The notes under the pieces were generated by a model. That model was not told where the DNA came from and did not search any database. It saw nothing but the letters and a program-made list of their open reading frames with translations. 51,822 nt of DNA from Chiloscyllium plagiosum (Eukaryota): the NCBI RefSeq assembly GCF_004010195.1, contig NC_057710.1, forward strand, positions 111,236,024 to 111,287,845. Reading direction: 5' to 3'. Numbering within the stretch: the first letter of the stretch is position 1; each line of letters starts with the position of its first letter. Of the stretch, positions 36,208 to 49,893 are shown one piece after another. The translations under genes and the position numbers were made by a program.

Positions 36208-37460
36208 AAAAAACAACTTACTCAAAAGAAGTAATTAAGATATTAACCTAACTTTAGAATATGTTGAATGTTACCCTTCTCTAAAGTCTCCTGTTGCACA
36301 AATCCTACAGATTCTGAATCTGAATTTGCATTGGAATCTGGGTCCAGAGATGATTCATTACTCCTGTCAATGAAAGAAGCAGTCTGGCCCAGTTCTGTTA
36401 CTTATGAATACGCCTGACGCAGTAATTCTGTCCTCAGTGGGACAGAAAAACAAACGGCGCTTTGCTTCTTAAAGTCTAAAACAATAAAAGGCAGAGTGTT
36501 GATCTTGCTCAGTCACAACTTAGCCTTTTTGGATTCCTGCCCAAGCAGGGACTCATCAGCTGCACCTCATTTTTCTGACAGCGCATGGTACAGGGATGAA
36601 CACATTAGGTTCAGTACACCATTCCATCACAGGGTGAGAAAGTCAGCAGAAGAAATCTATGCCATTATGAAAGCATGGAAACCTTAAACAGCATTGCTCA
36701 TGACTGTGGAGGATTCCAGTGGCCAGACAGTAAAACCCCTTCAATTAAGGAAGGAAGGGTGGTGATGAAATAGTCAGTTGGCTCAGCTTGTTGTTCTCCT
36801 TCCAATGCAATCATTGTTTATTAAAATCAGTTCACCGCTAAACCTAATTCCAGGTTTGGATCGCTCGTTTATATGTCACTGATGCATTCTCACAATATTG
36901 GTATATTTCCAGAAGAAGTCTGTTCGTGGAACCACTTGGCACATCTATTCTATGGAGTCACAGCCTGCATGTAATAGTTCCACCTGTCTCCCTCGCTGGA
37001 AGTGTTTGCTCCTACAGGAAGCATGATTGAGAGAACATAGACTCCCAAAAGGCAGAGTTTCCAGTGTTTCAGGTCAAACACTTACAGCGATGCAACACAG
37101 CTGAGCAGAAAGCAACGTTCACTGAACTGTGATCCAACAAGGCAAATTAAACAGTCAAAATCCATTTGCTTCACATGAGTAATCAGCAGGCTGTGAACAA
37201 TGTGCTTTTTAAGAGATTCTAGATTAGGGTAGGGCAGCATTACTGTGAAATCAGCTTGCTATGAATATGGCACTTATAGGTTACACCTTAAGGTAGCTAT
37301 GAAATAAAATGCCAGGACAGATCATTCTCGCAACTAGTGGTATCACTTGCTGTGTCAATGAGCAATGTATCAGTACAGGAGGATAACAAGTGAAAACTAT
37401 GCATTTCAAAATAGGAACAGGAAATACTACTGCACATGGATGGAAAGACTATAAACCGAC

Positions 37461-37592
37461 AAAAAAAATAGGAGCAGGAACCCCTTAAGCGTGCTCCGCC
37501 ATTCATTCGGATGATGGGTGATCCAACTTGCCTCACACCTTCTTCTTTTGCCCTTTCCCCATCACCCTTGATTCTCCTACTGATCAAAAATC
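37461..37592 (-). mobile_element. Short CR1 3' tail fragment
   Basis: Minus strand ATCAAGGGTGATGGGGAAAGGGCAAAA...GAATGGCGGAGCACGCTTAAGGGG...CCTGCTCCTATTT. Confidence 0.75.
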
Positions 37593-37856
37593 AAAACATG
37601 GAGAGTTTACCTTCCCACCAAATGTGAGGATAAAAGCAAGGAATCAAAACTAATTTGTTAAAGAAATGACTTTCATTGTATCTTTTTGTCAGCCATATTC
37701 AAAGCAGGACAATTGTGACCCAGCATAGAAATAAAGAATGCAAAATTTAACATCAATTTCAAAAATCAAACTAAATGGAAAAATGAAACACAAAATATTT
37801 AAGATTGTTTTGCTCTAAAACTCATTTTCCTCCTCCACTGTGTCAGAAGTGCACAT

Positions 37857-37857
<1 letters not shown>

Positions 37858-37919
<62 letters not shown>
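37858..37919. repeat. (AC)31 perfect microsatellite
   Basis: Directly visible; it causes the HT/CV-repeat ORFs. Confidence 0.97.
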
Positions 37920-37921
<2 letters not shown>

Positions 37922-38997
37922 CTTGTTTTGAACAAATATCAAAAGAGAACGAATATATTTCCCCAGAGCCTTCCCTATTCCACTTAAATCAGTATTTAAT
38001 CTCCTGTGGTCTATGTAGTTCAGCTCCAAGTATTTGGAAATATTAAATTAAAGAAATTACCACTGGGGCAAATAACCATACTGAAAAATTACTTTCCTGT
38101 TTCTCTATTACAGTACTACATTGTAAATGTGAATGAGGTAGTACTCAACACCACTGTAGCTCGAACAAATCACTTACTAAAAAAGAAAATTAATACCTAC
38201 TTCCATTGCCCACAAATCAACAAACTAACCAAGAGGTCAAATACAAACATAACAGACATCCTTTTAGCAAAATTACTTTTTTTTCCACTCTTTTAAGTCA
38301 CAATTCAGAAAATCTTTCAATTATTTTCTGCTCTAATCCATAAAATCTTCAGTGTGTCAAGATCATTATTACATTGCCTGTTTTGGTTTTTAGCAGTTCT
38401 GCGAAAAAATATATGCTGCAGAATTTTCATCTGGTTTCTAAGAAGTTGTCAGCACTGCCAAGAAAGACTGGCCCTTACCCTACTGCTCTTCTCAAAATGG
38501 AGGGTTAGCTTGAATTATTTTTATATGCTTACTAACATGGGCCATGTTTGTTTTTTCGTTACCAGGTTGACATATATCAGACTACTGCGCACAATAAAAC
38601 AGAGGAGCACTGCAGTTGCATAAATGTGCAAGATATAGACCCTCACTGACACCGAATTCGGCCCTTTAATGAACCACATGAATGGAATTTTTGGATGAGA
38701 GCCAACAAAAGCATTACAGACAATGTACGAGAAACCGCCAATTGCAATGGTAACCTTAACTTGCTGTGTTAAAGATACAGGTTGCAGTATTAGTTCTGAG
38801 GAAATTGAAGTAATGCATCTAAAAAAAGCTAAATTGGTGAAATATGTAGCTGGATGATTCTAAACATCTGTGCTTATTCTGCTTAAACATGTGACAGTCA
38901 GAATTTCCTTCAGTATTCTCTTGATAAGCCATTGTAGCTATGAATGGTTATGTTAAAATACTTGACTGGAAATCACAGCGAGTCCAACAGCATCCAT

Positions 38998-39045
38998 AGA
39001 GAGAGAGAGAGACAGAGAAAGAGAGAGAGAGGAGGAGAGAGAGAG
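38998..39045. repeat. Imperfect (AG)n microsatellite
   Basis: Directly visible. Confidence 0.92.
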
Positions 39046-41176
39046 CTCACATTTTGAGCTTTCAAGTCATAAACTGCTTTATGATTTCTTTGGTATCCAA
39101 TCTTGGTTTGGAAGACTGGATATACTTCTGCTGTTTTGTAGCATGATACACCAAATCTGATTAAACAGACCTTCGCTAACCCTAGACTGGATCACTTTTA
39201 GAGCTAGATGATGGAACTCCTAACAGAATCCTTTAACCTATGCTTTTCTACAGCAGAGGCTTTATTCAGGATTTGGGAGTACTTCATCCCCAAGAACTTC
39301 TGGTACAAGATCAAGACCCAGATATACCAGGTCCCAGTCAATGATCTCTTTAATATTGTACTGTTAAATATGGTCAGAAGTTTTGCAATGCATGGACCTT
39401 TAATTTATTTTTGTTTGGCTGCACACACAATTATACTTGGAACAAGACTTACACATGACTTTCCAGGCTGCTGTACCATTATGCACATGCACAAAGAAGC
39501 AGGAACATTGCAAGGGTATGGATTTCACTCTATATTATTTCAGCATAATGCATAAGAAACTTGGACTTACAAGTTAGTTTTTCACAATCACTGCCATCAT
39601 TTTTTTTAAGTGTCCTTATTGTTACCAATGGTATTGTTTAGGTTTCAGTGACTAACAAAAGCCATGTTTCCTTTGTCTTCTTATTCAGCACAAAAGAGGA
39701 ATGGAGCCCAATAATGGGATGAAGATGGACTTAAACTTTATGTTTTAATAAGAAAATATGTAACATATTCACCTGCTTGTGTTGAACAATGTGAAATCAT
39801 ACCAGCATCTGGTTTATGCAAAGTGCCAGCATGAAATAAAATCAGAGTCAATTTCAAATTACATCCTCTGATTATTATCAAAAGGGCAAGACTGCCTCCA
39901 AGACTGAAAATATATGTGCCTGGACTTCACTGAAATAGTGGGCACACATAACGTCTGCTCTGCACACCAAACATACAAGTCTAAAATGTAGCATAGCACC
40001 CATGATGCAGGCTCTTTAGCCGTCACACGCAACAATATTACAGTAGTGTCCTGGTCATATCTCAGCAGGTAGTTGGGATTAAAAAGAAGCAGCATGGTGA
40101 GCAGTATAAATTGTGCTAATGATATTTGAACTGGTCTCTGAGCCCCGCAAACACAGCTGTGACCATACTACTGTTACAGAACAAATACCTTGCTCTAAGT
40201 CTGTGATGTTTCTAGTTTGTATAGCTGTTAAAAAGAAGCCTCACGGCAGATAGTAAAAGTGGAAAAAAAATTCCATTGGTTGCTGTTAGTGACCAACTAT
40301 AACTAATCACACATATTTCACATCTCAGTTTCTCACACTGTTCTTCCATGCCAAATATACACAAAAGAACCCATCCACCTGTAACTTACAGACTATTCAT
40401 AGGATTGCATTAAATAGTTTGATATGAAGACAAATCACTCCTCTTCAAGTCACTTTCCAGTACATGAATACGAAGGGATCAGCTTGTCAAGCATCCCCAA
40501 TCTATGATTCAGAGATATTTTGATGAAGAAATGAAATAATTTACCAGAGACTGGAACGGAGTGCCACAAAATGCTAATCATTCTTGGCATGCAGAGTACA
40601 ACCTGAGAAAACATTACTGGAGCATTTGATAGACATGTTTTCTTAAAGAAAATACAGTACAATTTGTGTTTTGTTATCTATGTTTCCTTTGGCAGTAGCT
40701 TAAGCAGACTGCAAAGCATTTCAATTATTCTGAATTATTTTTTATTTTGAGTAGCATTTCACACTACAGTGGATATTGAAGGTGCTGATTATCAGTCGTA
40801 TTATAATTTGCTATGCCACTTAAGCTGTTGAATTAAAATCCATTTTACACAAGGTTAAAGAGTAGCATGTACTTCCGAAGAAATACAGATTTAGTAACAC
40901 TACTGAACTAAGCACAAGTCATTATAGGCGCATGTCTGTATTAGTGTTGCATACACACAGATGCTTGATTTCATGGTCCACTCTATAATAACCCCTGGGC
41001 AAGCGAAATTTAATATTTCAGTTTCTTTCTTCTTTACAATGAAGTCTTTCTATTTCCCCACAGCAGTAAAGCTTCTGATATCATAGGCTCACAAGGACAA
41101 ATGAAAACAGACTGGCTACCTGCAATATTCTTTGTTGACTGGTTGCTTCCACTGATAACTGGGCAGGGTCTATAAT

Positions 41177-41307
41177 AGGAGAAAGTGAAGACTGCAGATG
41201 CTGGAGATCAGAGCCAAAAAGTGTGGCGCTGGAAAAGCACAGCTGGTCAGGCAACCTCCGAGGAACAGGAGAATCGATGTTTCCAGCATAAGCCCTTTAT
41301 CAGGAAT
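41177..41307 (-). mobile_element. Penelope-like terminal fragment, degraded hammerhead
   Basis: Reverse complement of the 18714-type sequence: CTGATAA-AGGGC-TTAT-GCTG-GAAAC-ATC. Confidence 0.8.
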
Positions 41308-42784
41308 AGCAGGCAGCCTATCAGTTATGGTTACCTTCCTGCCACCTGTGAAAGTTAAGCTAAGGTATGTCGGATTAAAATCTCCATCTGTTCAAGCCCT
41401 GATGAAATATTGGAGGATGAATTGTAGCCTCAGTGGAGAAGAGACAGGACAATAAAAATTGCAACCCCAATTCTCCATCCTGCCACCCTGTCAAGAGGGA
41501 TTCAATTCTGAAACACCGTCTTCATGGATATGCTATTCATGCATGTAAGAATAGAATGTTGATGATGATGCCTCCTGTTGTAAAATAACTAATCACATTT
41601 GGTATTTTGACTCTTACGTGAAACCAGCTATCTTCATGGGTTAACAAAACAGTTCACCAACATTAACAAATGCCTTCAATTCAAGAAAATGGATACTGTG
41701 TTGTGGACTGCTCTCAGAAGGCAGTGAACGAAAATTCATTACTTGGGAAAAACCAGAGTCAGGTCAGTTTGTGTCAATCTGCACAGAATGTACTTCTGCC
41801 TGTTCTGCCTGTTTATATGCTTGGAGTGCACATTCCACTTACCAACCAGTAATGTGTGCCAGAGCATTCAATATACACTGAGGAGTGGAGATGTAACTTA
41901 GCTCTTGTGAAGACCGTCCAATGACATCAACTGAGCCAAAGACTTAAATTGAACGTTGGACAAACACAAAGTAAGAGCAGCTTTTCAAAAAGTTCATTTT
42001 TAGTCTAAGTGAAACCAAATGATTTATATAGATTACCCAGGACGTTATTAATTCAGCCTGGGAAGAATTAAATTCTACTCATGGAAACGCAGCCACTGAA
42101 AAAGGAAAAGCAGGATCTAGAGTTGCTTACTTATTAACAGAATCATTGTCACTAACAGTACATTACAGTGCTCCACAAACATGTATGATAAAAGCACTGA
42201 ATAGGCCACCACAATGCATTTTGGTGCATAACAGCTACATACCGTGCAAGATCTAAGCTTATGAATGGATCTATTTCTTTCTGAGGTTAAAGACTGTCAA
42301 CATCTCTAAAATTTAAATACAGTCAGAAAAAAGCAACACAATAAACACTCTTATCTCTGAGGATGAAGTAATTCATTTTTTTATACTAAAATACAAAATA
42401 CTATCTAGCAGGCTTCCTTAATGGAAATTCCTGCAGACAACAACATAATTTTAAATAGCTTGAATTTAATTTATTTACAGCAGGCCTGGATAAAGTATAT
42501 AGCTGCCCTAAAACTCAGTGGTTCAAAGTTTAAAATACCAATTTAAAATGTATAATTATTCCACTCAGCCAAGTCATACAGTTTGTTTGGACTGGTGATA
42601 TTTGGAGAGGAATTGAAAATTGTAATTCACAATGCTTTATTGATCTCATTCAGGTGAACAGCTGAGGGTTTTCATGCACTATTTAAACCATAATCCAAAT
42701 AAAGGAGAAGGATCTGTGTAACTTTCAATAAGGCAATGCAGTAAACTGTTTTAGTGCAAATATTTAATTTACAAAATAATGTGA

Positions 42785-43247
42785 AACTTATTGCATTACA
42801 TTGGGATTTTTCACACAGACACATAAAGTGCTTCACATGTTTAGTTTCAGAGTGTAAGTCACCATTGCTATGAAACTAAATGAAAATAAACATTATGAAA
42901 TTAAATGTAATCCATACCAACACCTTCTAGTAGTAGACATCAAACGAGTCACTAACTCAGTTGTTTTTCATTTTCTTCATATAGATTGAGGGAGGATGTT
43001 TGTCAGGAGGCAGGGAGGTTCTCCTGTTCTTTTGACCCAAGGTTATTGGAATTCTAACATTCAATTCAGCAGGAAACAAGGACTGAGTGTCTCATGTAAA
43101 TGGCAGCGTATCCAACAATGTACCTTGACTGGTAACTCCTTTAGTAATATACCAGCATGACAATATGGATCATGAGTTCAAGAACTCGTGCATTATTCAA
43201 ACCCATGTCTTTCTGAAACAAAGGTACAAATGTTGTAGCATGAGTCT
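42785..43247 (-). mobile_element. Old, near-full-length DeuSINE (SacSINE1-like)
   Basis: The minus strand has a tRNA-like head (TGGGTTTGAAT), ACATTGTTGGATACGCTGCCATTTACATGAGACA, AAGAACAGGAGAACCTCCCTG and ATCCTCCCTCAATC, then a tail. Confidence 0.6.
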
Positions 43248-45339
43248 TTTTAAAAATACTGTATTTCATTGGTGCTGGTGGCTTGTGAGTATCACCTTAG
43301 GTTCTATGGATAAATATAATTGACCCCACAAACACAGAGAATGGAGGGTGAGCTGGATTCTCTAACTTGCATTACCTTCAAGCATGATTCCCTATTGAAC
43401 GTTGAGCACTAGCATCCTGAATGTCACCACAATAAATACAAAAAAAAATGATAAGTAAAAACGGGAAATTCCACTGCTACTCCTGAGCATGGCATATTTG
43501 TGCAGAGATCTGATATCTTAAGAAAGGATTTTATTGAATTAGACCATGCTAATATAATTCACACTGATCTAAGTGAACCCAAGCAGATTCTTTATCAACA
43601 CAGGAATAATGGGAAATAAACACACTAAGTACAGTTCTGTCGGACATTGTTTTCTGAAGTAGTCAGCAGTGAAATGTATTAACATTATATAGTAAAAGGT
43701 TTGGAAAGGCTGAACAAGGAAAGCATCTAGAAATTGTTCACATGCCAAACTGCTAAATAAGTGACTATCAACCTCACCTCCAAACACCACCCTCAAACTC
43801 CATCAATATTTGGTCAGGTTAGCAGAAGACAGAGTCAAATAACCTGATGACTAAGCTGCTTAACATTGCTGACTGTCCAGTACAGATATGTTCACTGAGG
43901 TGAAGTATTGTACAGTGACAAGCACAGAGACATCAAACCCTGGGAAGCAGTCAGCCCCAGCAGGAGAGAAAATGGGGACAACATTTGAGGTAAATAGGGA
44001 TATTATGACCATTTCTCCTCTGTTCCAGTAGAGTCTACAACTGGGGTCCAATTATTAATGGCAGAAAAATCTCCTCCAAGTAATTCCAAATGATTTTTCA
44101 GTACACTGATGAATGCTAAAAGCTGTCTGTGCAAAATAAGTGTGCATTTGTTAGTTACACTGATATATACACTTTCTTAAATATTTGGAAGAATTGCAAT
44201 TGACATCAAGATCACTCCAATTTTTTTCATAATGCTATACGATCAATGAGGATCTTTAAACAAAGCGAGCGAGATTCCTGCTTTCAGAAATTTTAAAAGT
44301 AACCATTCCACTTCATAGAGTAGAGAAATAGAGACTGAGGTGATCACTTATTTAAATTTCACTTTGGATGGCAGCACAGTTGACAAAATCATTGCACATG
44401 ATACAATGAAACTACACCTACAGTTTTTTTTTTGTCTGATGAATGCAGTTACTTTCAGCAAAATTACTCAAGGTAAAATTGAAGGAGGCTCCCCAGCAAA
44501 AACCAGTTGTTTCATCACTGCTCACTGTGTCACACTTGCAGCTAACATTCATCACTTGCAGCTAATGTGCAGCAAGTCAAACAGTTTTCAAACTTTGGAA
44601 CTTAATTTCTGAACTGAAAACTGGATTTCCATAAAGAAAATGAAAGTAAAGTCAACCACATAATAGTCCTGATTTAACTCGCAATTTTGCAGTGATGGCC
44701 CATTAGGCATGAAGAGTTTACTATAACTACATGAAACCATACCAAACATGACCTTCCTCCTGTCCCTTTCGGAAGCTGCTCACTTCTCAATGGCTTAACA
44801 ATGAACTGTTTTCCTTCTAGATTACCATCAGGACTACATCTGCTTGCTTCAAAGTGCCCGAGGACATCTCAGAGCTTAAGCTCTAACTTTGATTTATGAT
44901 TTGTAAGAAAGCACAAAACAAATTACAACCCTATCCTACTGGTTCACTTAAAAAACAATTGCTGTAAGGGATTTAGAAAACTGGGACAATTAAGCAAAAA
45001 TAATTCTTTCTCCAGACAGCCGAATAACAAAATGTCTGTAATTGTATGACCACTTGCAATATTAGGTTAGATTGAGGAGCAAGTTATCAAGAGTAAAGCG
45101 GTGCTGATGTGGTACGATTGGTTCAGGAGTAGCCACATGACACTGAAATCATCCAGGTGCCCTTTTCATTGCCAAATTTGACAGGTTTATAGAAACTTGA
45201 TTACTCACAGTCTGTAGAGCTTCGGAGTTCCCAGGAAAAGCAACTCTGGCAAAACCTGTAGGTTGTTTCTATTCAGGCGGCTGGAGAGGGAAGAAAGTGA
45301 AAAGACAAAGATCCATGAGAAAGTTACACAAAAGCATAT

Positions 45340-46131
45340 CATCATAAGGTCAGAAATGGTGATGTTCAGTGACAACTATATAATGTTCAATGAAATTTGT
45401 GATTCCTCAGCTACTGAAGCAATCCATATCCAAGTGCAGCAAGAACTGTGCAATACCCAGACTTGGGCTGAGAAGTGGCAAGTAATATTTGTGCCACACA
45501 AATGCCAGGCAAGACCATCCCAAAAAAAGAGAATCTAACCATCACCAATTGATATTTATGATATTACCACTATTGAAAATCCTATTATCAACATCCTGAG
45601 GACAACCATTGAACAGAAACTGAACTGGACAAGCTATCTAATACTGTGATTACAAGAGCAAATCAGAAACTTTGAATTCTGCAAAAAGTAACTCACCTTT
45701 GGATCCCCAAATTTATTTACCATCTACATGGCTTAAGTAAAGAATCTGATGGAATACTCCTCTCTTTTGCCTGGATGATTTCAGCTCCAAAAACACTCAA
45801 GAAGTTTCACACCATCCAAGATGAAGCAGCCCACTTGACTGAAATCTCACCTGCCACTTTTAACATTCATGATCTTTAGCACTGATGCACAGTGGCAACA
45901 GTGTGAAGCATCTACAAGACTCATTCAACAGTATATTCCTAAGCTGTGACCTTTACCCTCTAGAATGACCAAGGCTGTAAATGCATGGAAACACATCACT
46001 GGCAAGATCCCTTCCAAGTCTCATCATCCCAACTTGGAACTATATTGCTGTTACTTCAGTGTTACTGGGACAAAATCATGGAATTTTCTTCCTAACAGCA
46101 CTACAACCCAAGGACTGCAGTGATTTAAGGA
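45340..46131 (+). mobile_element. Decayed CR1-clade LINE RT C-terminal fragment (second family)
   Basis: IIRSEMVMFSDN (~MFADD), WAEKWQVIFVPHKCQA, NILRTTIEQKLNW, IYMA*VKNLMEYS. Cut at its 3' end by a Penelope-like insertion. Confidence 0.85.
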
Positions 46132-46303
46132 AGTTAAAAATCACACAACACCAGGTTATAATCCAACAGGTTTATTTGGAAGCACTAGCTATCGGAGAGC
46201 TGCTCTTTCATCAGGTGGTTGTGGAGTAGGACCATAAGACACAGAATTTATAGGAAAAGGTTACAGTGTCATGCAAGTAAAGTGATATATTTAACAAACC
46301 TCA
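46132..46303 (-). mobile_element. Penelope-like terminal fragment (third family), degraded hammerhead
   Basis: Minus strand CAC-CTGATGA-AAGAG-CAGCT-CTCC-GATAG-CTA-GTG, then AATAAA and ...GTTGTGTGATTTTTAACT. Confidence 0.7.
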
Positions 46304-46307
46304 ATTG

Positions 46308-46535
46308 AAGAAAATGTGATGTAAGAAAAGACTTTTTTACACAATCAGCAGTTCGGATCTGGTATGGTGGAGATAGGTTCAGTTGAGGCCTTCAAGAGGG
46401 CATCTGATTATTATTTGAATAGAAAGAATTTGCATGGATATGGAAAAAAGGAAAGAAAATGGTACTAAGTCACAATGCTCATTTGGAGTGACAGTACAGA
46501 CATGATGAGCCAAATTACTTCCTTCTGTGATTCAT
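46308..46535 (+). mobile_element. Old CR1 3' end fragment
   Basis: DVRKDFFTQ..V.IW, AFKRASDYYL, and a CR1-like UTR end (GATGAGCCAAATTACTTCCTTCTGTG). Confidence 0.7.
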
Positions 46536-47784
46536 AACGGCTAAGCTTACCAATCCCACATTCTTAGCGGTTTGTAGTGCTGGAAGTCATGGAAATCAAA
46601 GATAGAGCGATAGTGCTGTCACACCAGTAATCCAACCCTTGCTCCCTTTCAGTGTTACTCAATACTGCAAGTGAAGAACTGGTGAATTTACCCCACATGT
46701 CAGCGGAAAACTTCACCAAGGGAGCGATCATTCCACAGCCTGATCCTCTGCGCACCAAATCAGGACACAGTGGACTGTAACCAGAAGTGAGGCCCCTGGC
46801 TAGCATTTCTTTTGCTGGGGTCAGATCCAGGATTGCTGCTCATTTCAGATCAATAAGCTCCACACAAAGTGAATGGCAAGTAAATTGAAGAGCAAAAGAT
46901 TCTGCATTTTAAACATTCTTGTTGAGTACTCAGAGGCACGCCAGGAGTTCCACTGTCTCATTTTCATATAATAAGAACATTATGTCTGCTCTTAATATGT
47001 TTCATATGGTGCCTGTCAAAGGCTGGCTTTGTGTGTTTATTGAAGGTCCAAGCCCTAATGGACGCAGGTGCTACATATGCATCAAAATGAAAAATGTGTT
47101 ATATATTTGGCCAGGGTATGATAACAGCTTGTCAATTCCACAAGGTGGTCTTGCAGCATTTACCCAAGGCATTAAAGAATGTTAAAATGTTCCCTGTAGG
47201 CAGCCAAGCGAGTCAGAAATCCACAAAGTCCACTGAGAGGTGATGAGAAGCGCAACTAATGAGAAAGTGAAGCCTGAACAATTCTTTCCTTATGATCACT
47301 GGTGAATTAAACTTTGTTTTGAACACACTCAATAAGGTTCACATATTTACTGAAGGACCACTAACTACCTCAACATTTCAATTATTGCTCATGTCAAATC
47401 AGCATTTTGGAGGAATCCGGTGTTGGAGTGGTCCCTGTTGTTACAAAATTGTGATTTGCTTGTTCTTGGTTAATTGATCAATCTGACAAAATTTCAGAAA
47501 CAGACATGATTTTCTATGAATCCTGTGTCACACACATTAATTCCAATAAACTTCTCTTTGGGATGGTCCAGGTTGTTTTTAATCCTCGTCCAATCATGAT
47601 ACAGCATACAGCATGTGACTGACCTATTTGTTCAGGTTCTTGACTTTGCAATCATACTTTTACTGGCATCACTGTCAGCTCAATGTGTACATATGTTTCA
47701 TGATGTGTGTTAAATATGTTTTAAAATGCTTTCAATTGGTCTGATTGTCCCAAGGCTACAATGGGAAACATGCATATTAGGCAT

Positions 47785-49525
47785 AGACATAGCCTGCTCT
47801 GCCATTCAATAAGATCATGGCTCTTCTGTTTCTCTTGAATTACCCACATTGAACAAGAATTTATCCATCTGTCTTGAAAATATTCAATGGAACCCATCTC
47901 CATTGCCTTCTGAGGCACAATGCTCAGAGGAATCCAAATTCTTCTCATCTCTACCCTAAAAAAGGCAACCGCTAACTTTTAAACAGTGTCCCCAGTGCAG
48001 GAATTCATCCATAAGAGGAAACAAAGAAAGAACAAAGAAAATTTACAACCCATGAACAGGTCCTTCAGCCTTCCAAGCCTGAGCTGATCCAAATCCACTG
48101 TCTAAACCTATCGCCTAATTCCTAAACATCTGTATCCCTCTGCTCCCCACCTACTCATGCATCTGTCCAGACTCATCTTAAATGAATCTACCGTGCCTGC
48201 CTCTACTATCTCTGCTGGTAATGTGTTCCACTTCACCCTCTGTGTGAAGTACTTTCCACATGTATCCCTCTTAAACTTTTCTCTTCTCACCTTGAACACG
48301 TGACCTCTCGTTAATGAATCCCTTATCCTTGGAAAAAGCTTATCTCTATCCACCTTGTCTATACCCTTCATGATTTTGTAGACGGCAATCAGGTGCCCCT
48401 CAATCTCTTTTTTCTAATGAAAACAATCTTAACCTACTGAATCTCTCTTCATAGCTAGCACCTTCCATACCAGGCAACATCCTCGTAAACCTTCTCTACA
48501 CCCTCTCCAAAGCGTCCACATTCTTTGATAATGTGGTGACCAGAACTGTACACAGTATTCCAAATGCGACCAAACCAAAGCTTGTACCATTTTAACATGA
48601 CCTGCCAACTATTATGCTCAGCACACCGTACGATGAAGGCAAGCATATCATATGCCTTCTTGACCAACCCAATCCACCTGTGCAGCCACCTTCAGGGTAA
48701 AATGGACCTGAACTCCCAAATCTCTCTGCTCATCAATTTTACCCAAGGCTCTTCCGTTTGCAGTATAGCTGGCTCTAGATTTAGACTTCCCAAAATGCAT
48801 CACCTTATATTTGCCTGGATTGAACTCCATCTGCCACTTCTCCGCCCAACTCTCTGGTCTATCTGTAAACATCTTTTCCAAATCTTATCAAGACCATTCA
48901 GGATCTTATATCAATCAAGTCATCCCTAATTCTCCAAAACTATGTTCTAAACCCCTAGAAACAAGCCCAGCCTGACCAACCTTTCCCCATGGACAACCCT
49001 TCCATTCCAGATACCAATCTAATAAGCCTTGTCTGAAATGCCTCAGATGCGTTCACATCCTTCCTTATGTAACAAAACAAAAACTGTACACAGTACTCCA
49101 GATATGGATTAACCAAAGCCTTTTCCAATTGGAGCGTAACATCCATTTACGTTCAAGTCCTTTTGTAACATTCCATTATCTTTCTAACTCCTTGCTGTGC
49201 TTGAATAGCAGTTTTTTGTGACTCATGCACTGGAATATCAGGTTCCCTCCACACCTTAGAATTCTGCAGTCATTCTCCACTTAAATAATGCTCTAATTTC
49301 ATAGTCTCCCTGTCAGAATGAGCAACTTCACATTTTCCAGGATTGTAATCAAATTGCCATTTTTGTCCAAACATCGAACTTATCTATATGCATCTACATC
49401 CTCCATCTTGCCCTACACAACAGACTTTCCTGCCCATCTTTGTGCCATCTGCAAATGTAACCATCATGATTTCTCTCCCCTCATCAAAAATGTTGACATA
49501 AATTAGTAAAAGACTGAGGCACCAA
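47785..49525 (-). mobile_element. Old CR1 LINE 3' half, split by a younger CR1
   Basis: ORF 48955-49146 (LEKALVNPYLEYCVQF), minus-strand FADGTK near 49450, and the 3' end continuing at 47785-48023. Confidence 0.85.
48024..48866 (-). mobile_element. Younger CR1 LINE 3' fragment nested with an AAACA target-site duplication
   Basis: WAEKWQMEFNPGKYKVMHFG, RDLGVQVH, TRGHVFK, KYFTQRV. AAACA at 48019-48023 and 48867-48871. TTCTTT-type tail. Confidence 0.92.
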
Positions 49526-49610
49526 GAAAGAAACAGCAACGTGAAAGTGTTTTAATTCTGTGGGCCTCAATGGCTAAACCAATTATTTACTGCCCAGCCC
49601 TCAGAGCCTA

Positions 49611-49893
49611 GAGGCAAGGTGTCAACCACATTGCTGTGGGTCTGGAATCACACATAGGCCAGTCCAGGTAAGGATGGCCAATTTGCTTTCCTAAAGGACA
49701 CTAATGAGCCAGATTTTGTTTTACAGCATCAACAGTGGCTACATGGTCACCATGAGGCTGACATTTTACTATTTGTTTATTTTTTACTGAATTCAAAGTT
49801 CACCAGCTGTCATGGTAACATTTGAATCCATTCCAGACATTAGCCTGGGGTTCTGGTTGACTTGTTGAATAATTTTACCACAACGTTACCAAG
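49611..49893 (-). mobile_element. SlmI-like SINE (3' end missing)
   Basis: GTCAACCACATTGCTGTGGGTCTGGAATCACACATAGGCCAG...CCTAAAGGACACTAATGAGCCAGA, homologous to the 7895 and 27361 copies. Confidence 0.8.

Noticed and set aside
37799-38046. His-Thr and Cys-Val repeat proteins
   Set aside because: Translations of the (AC)31 microsatellite.
44533-44566. Short tandem duplication CACTTGCAGCTAA x2 (also CCTGTCAATC x2 at ~12962)
   Set aside because: Ordinary slippage-type duplications with only two units.
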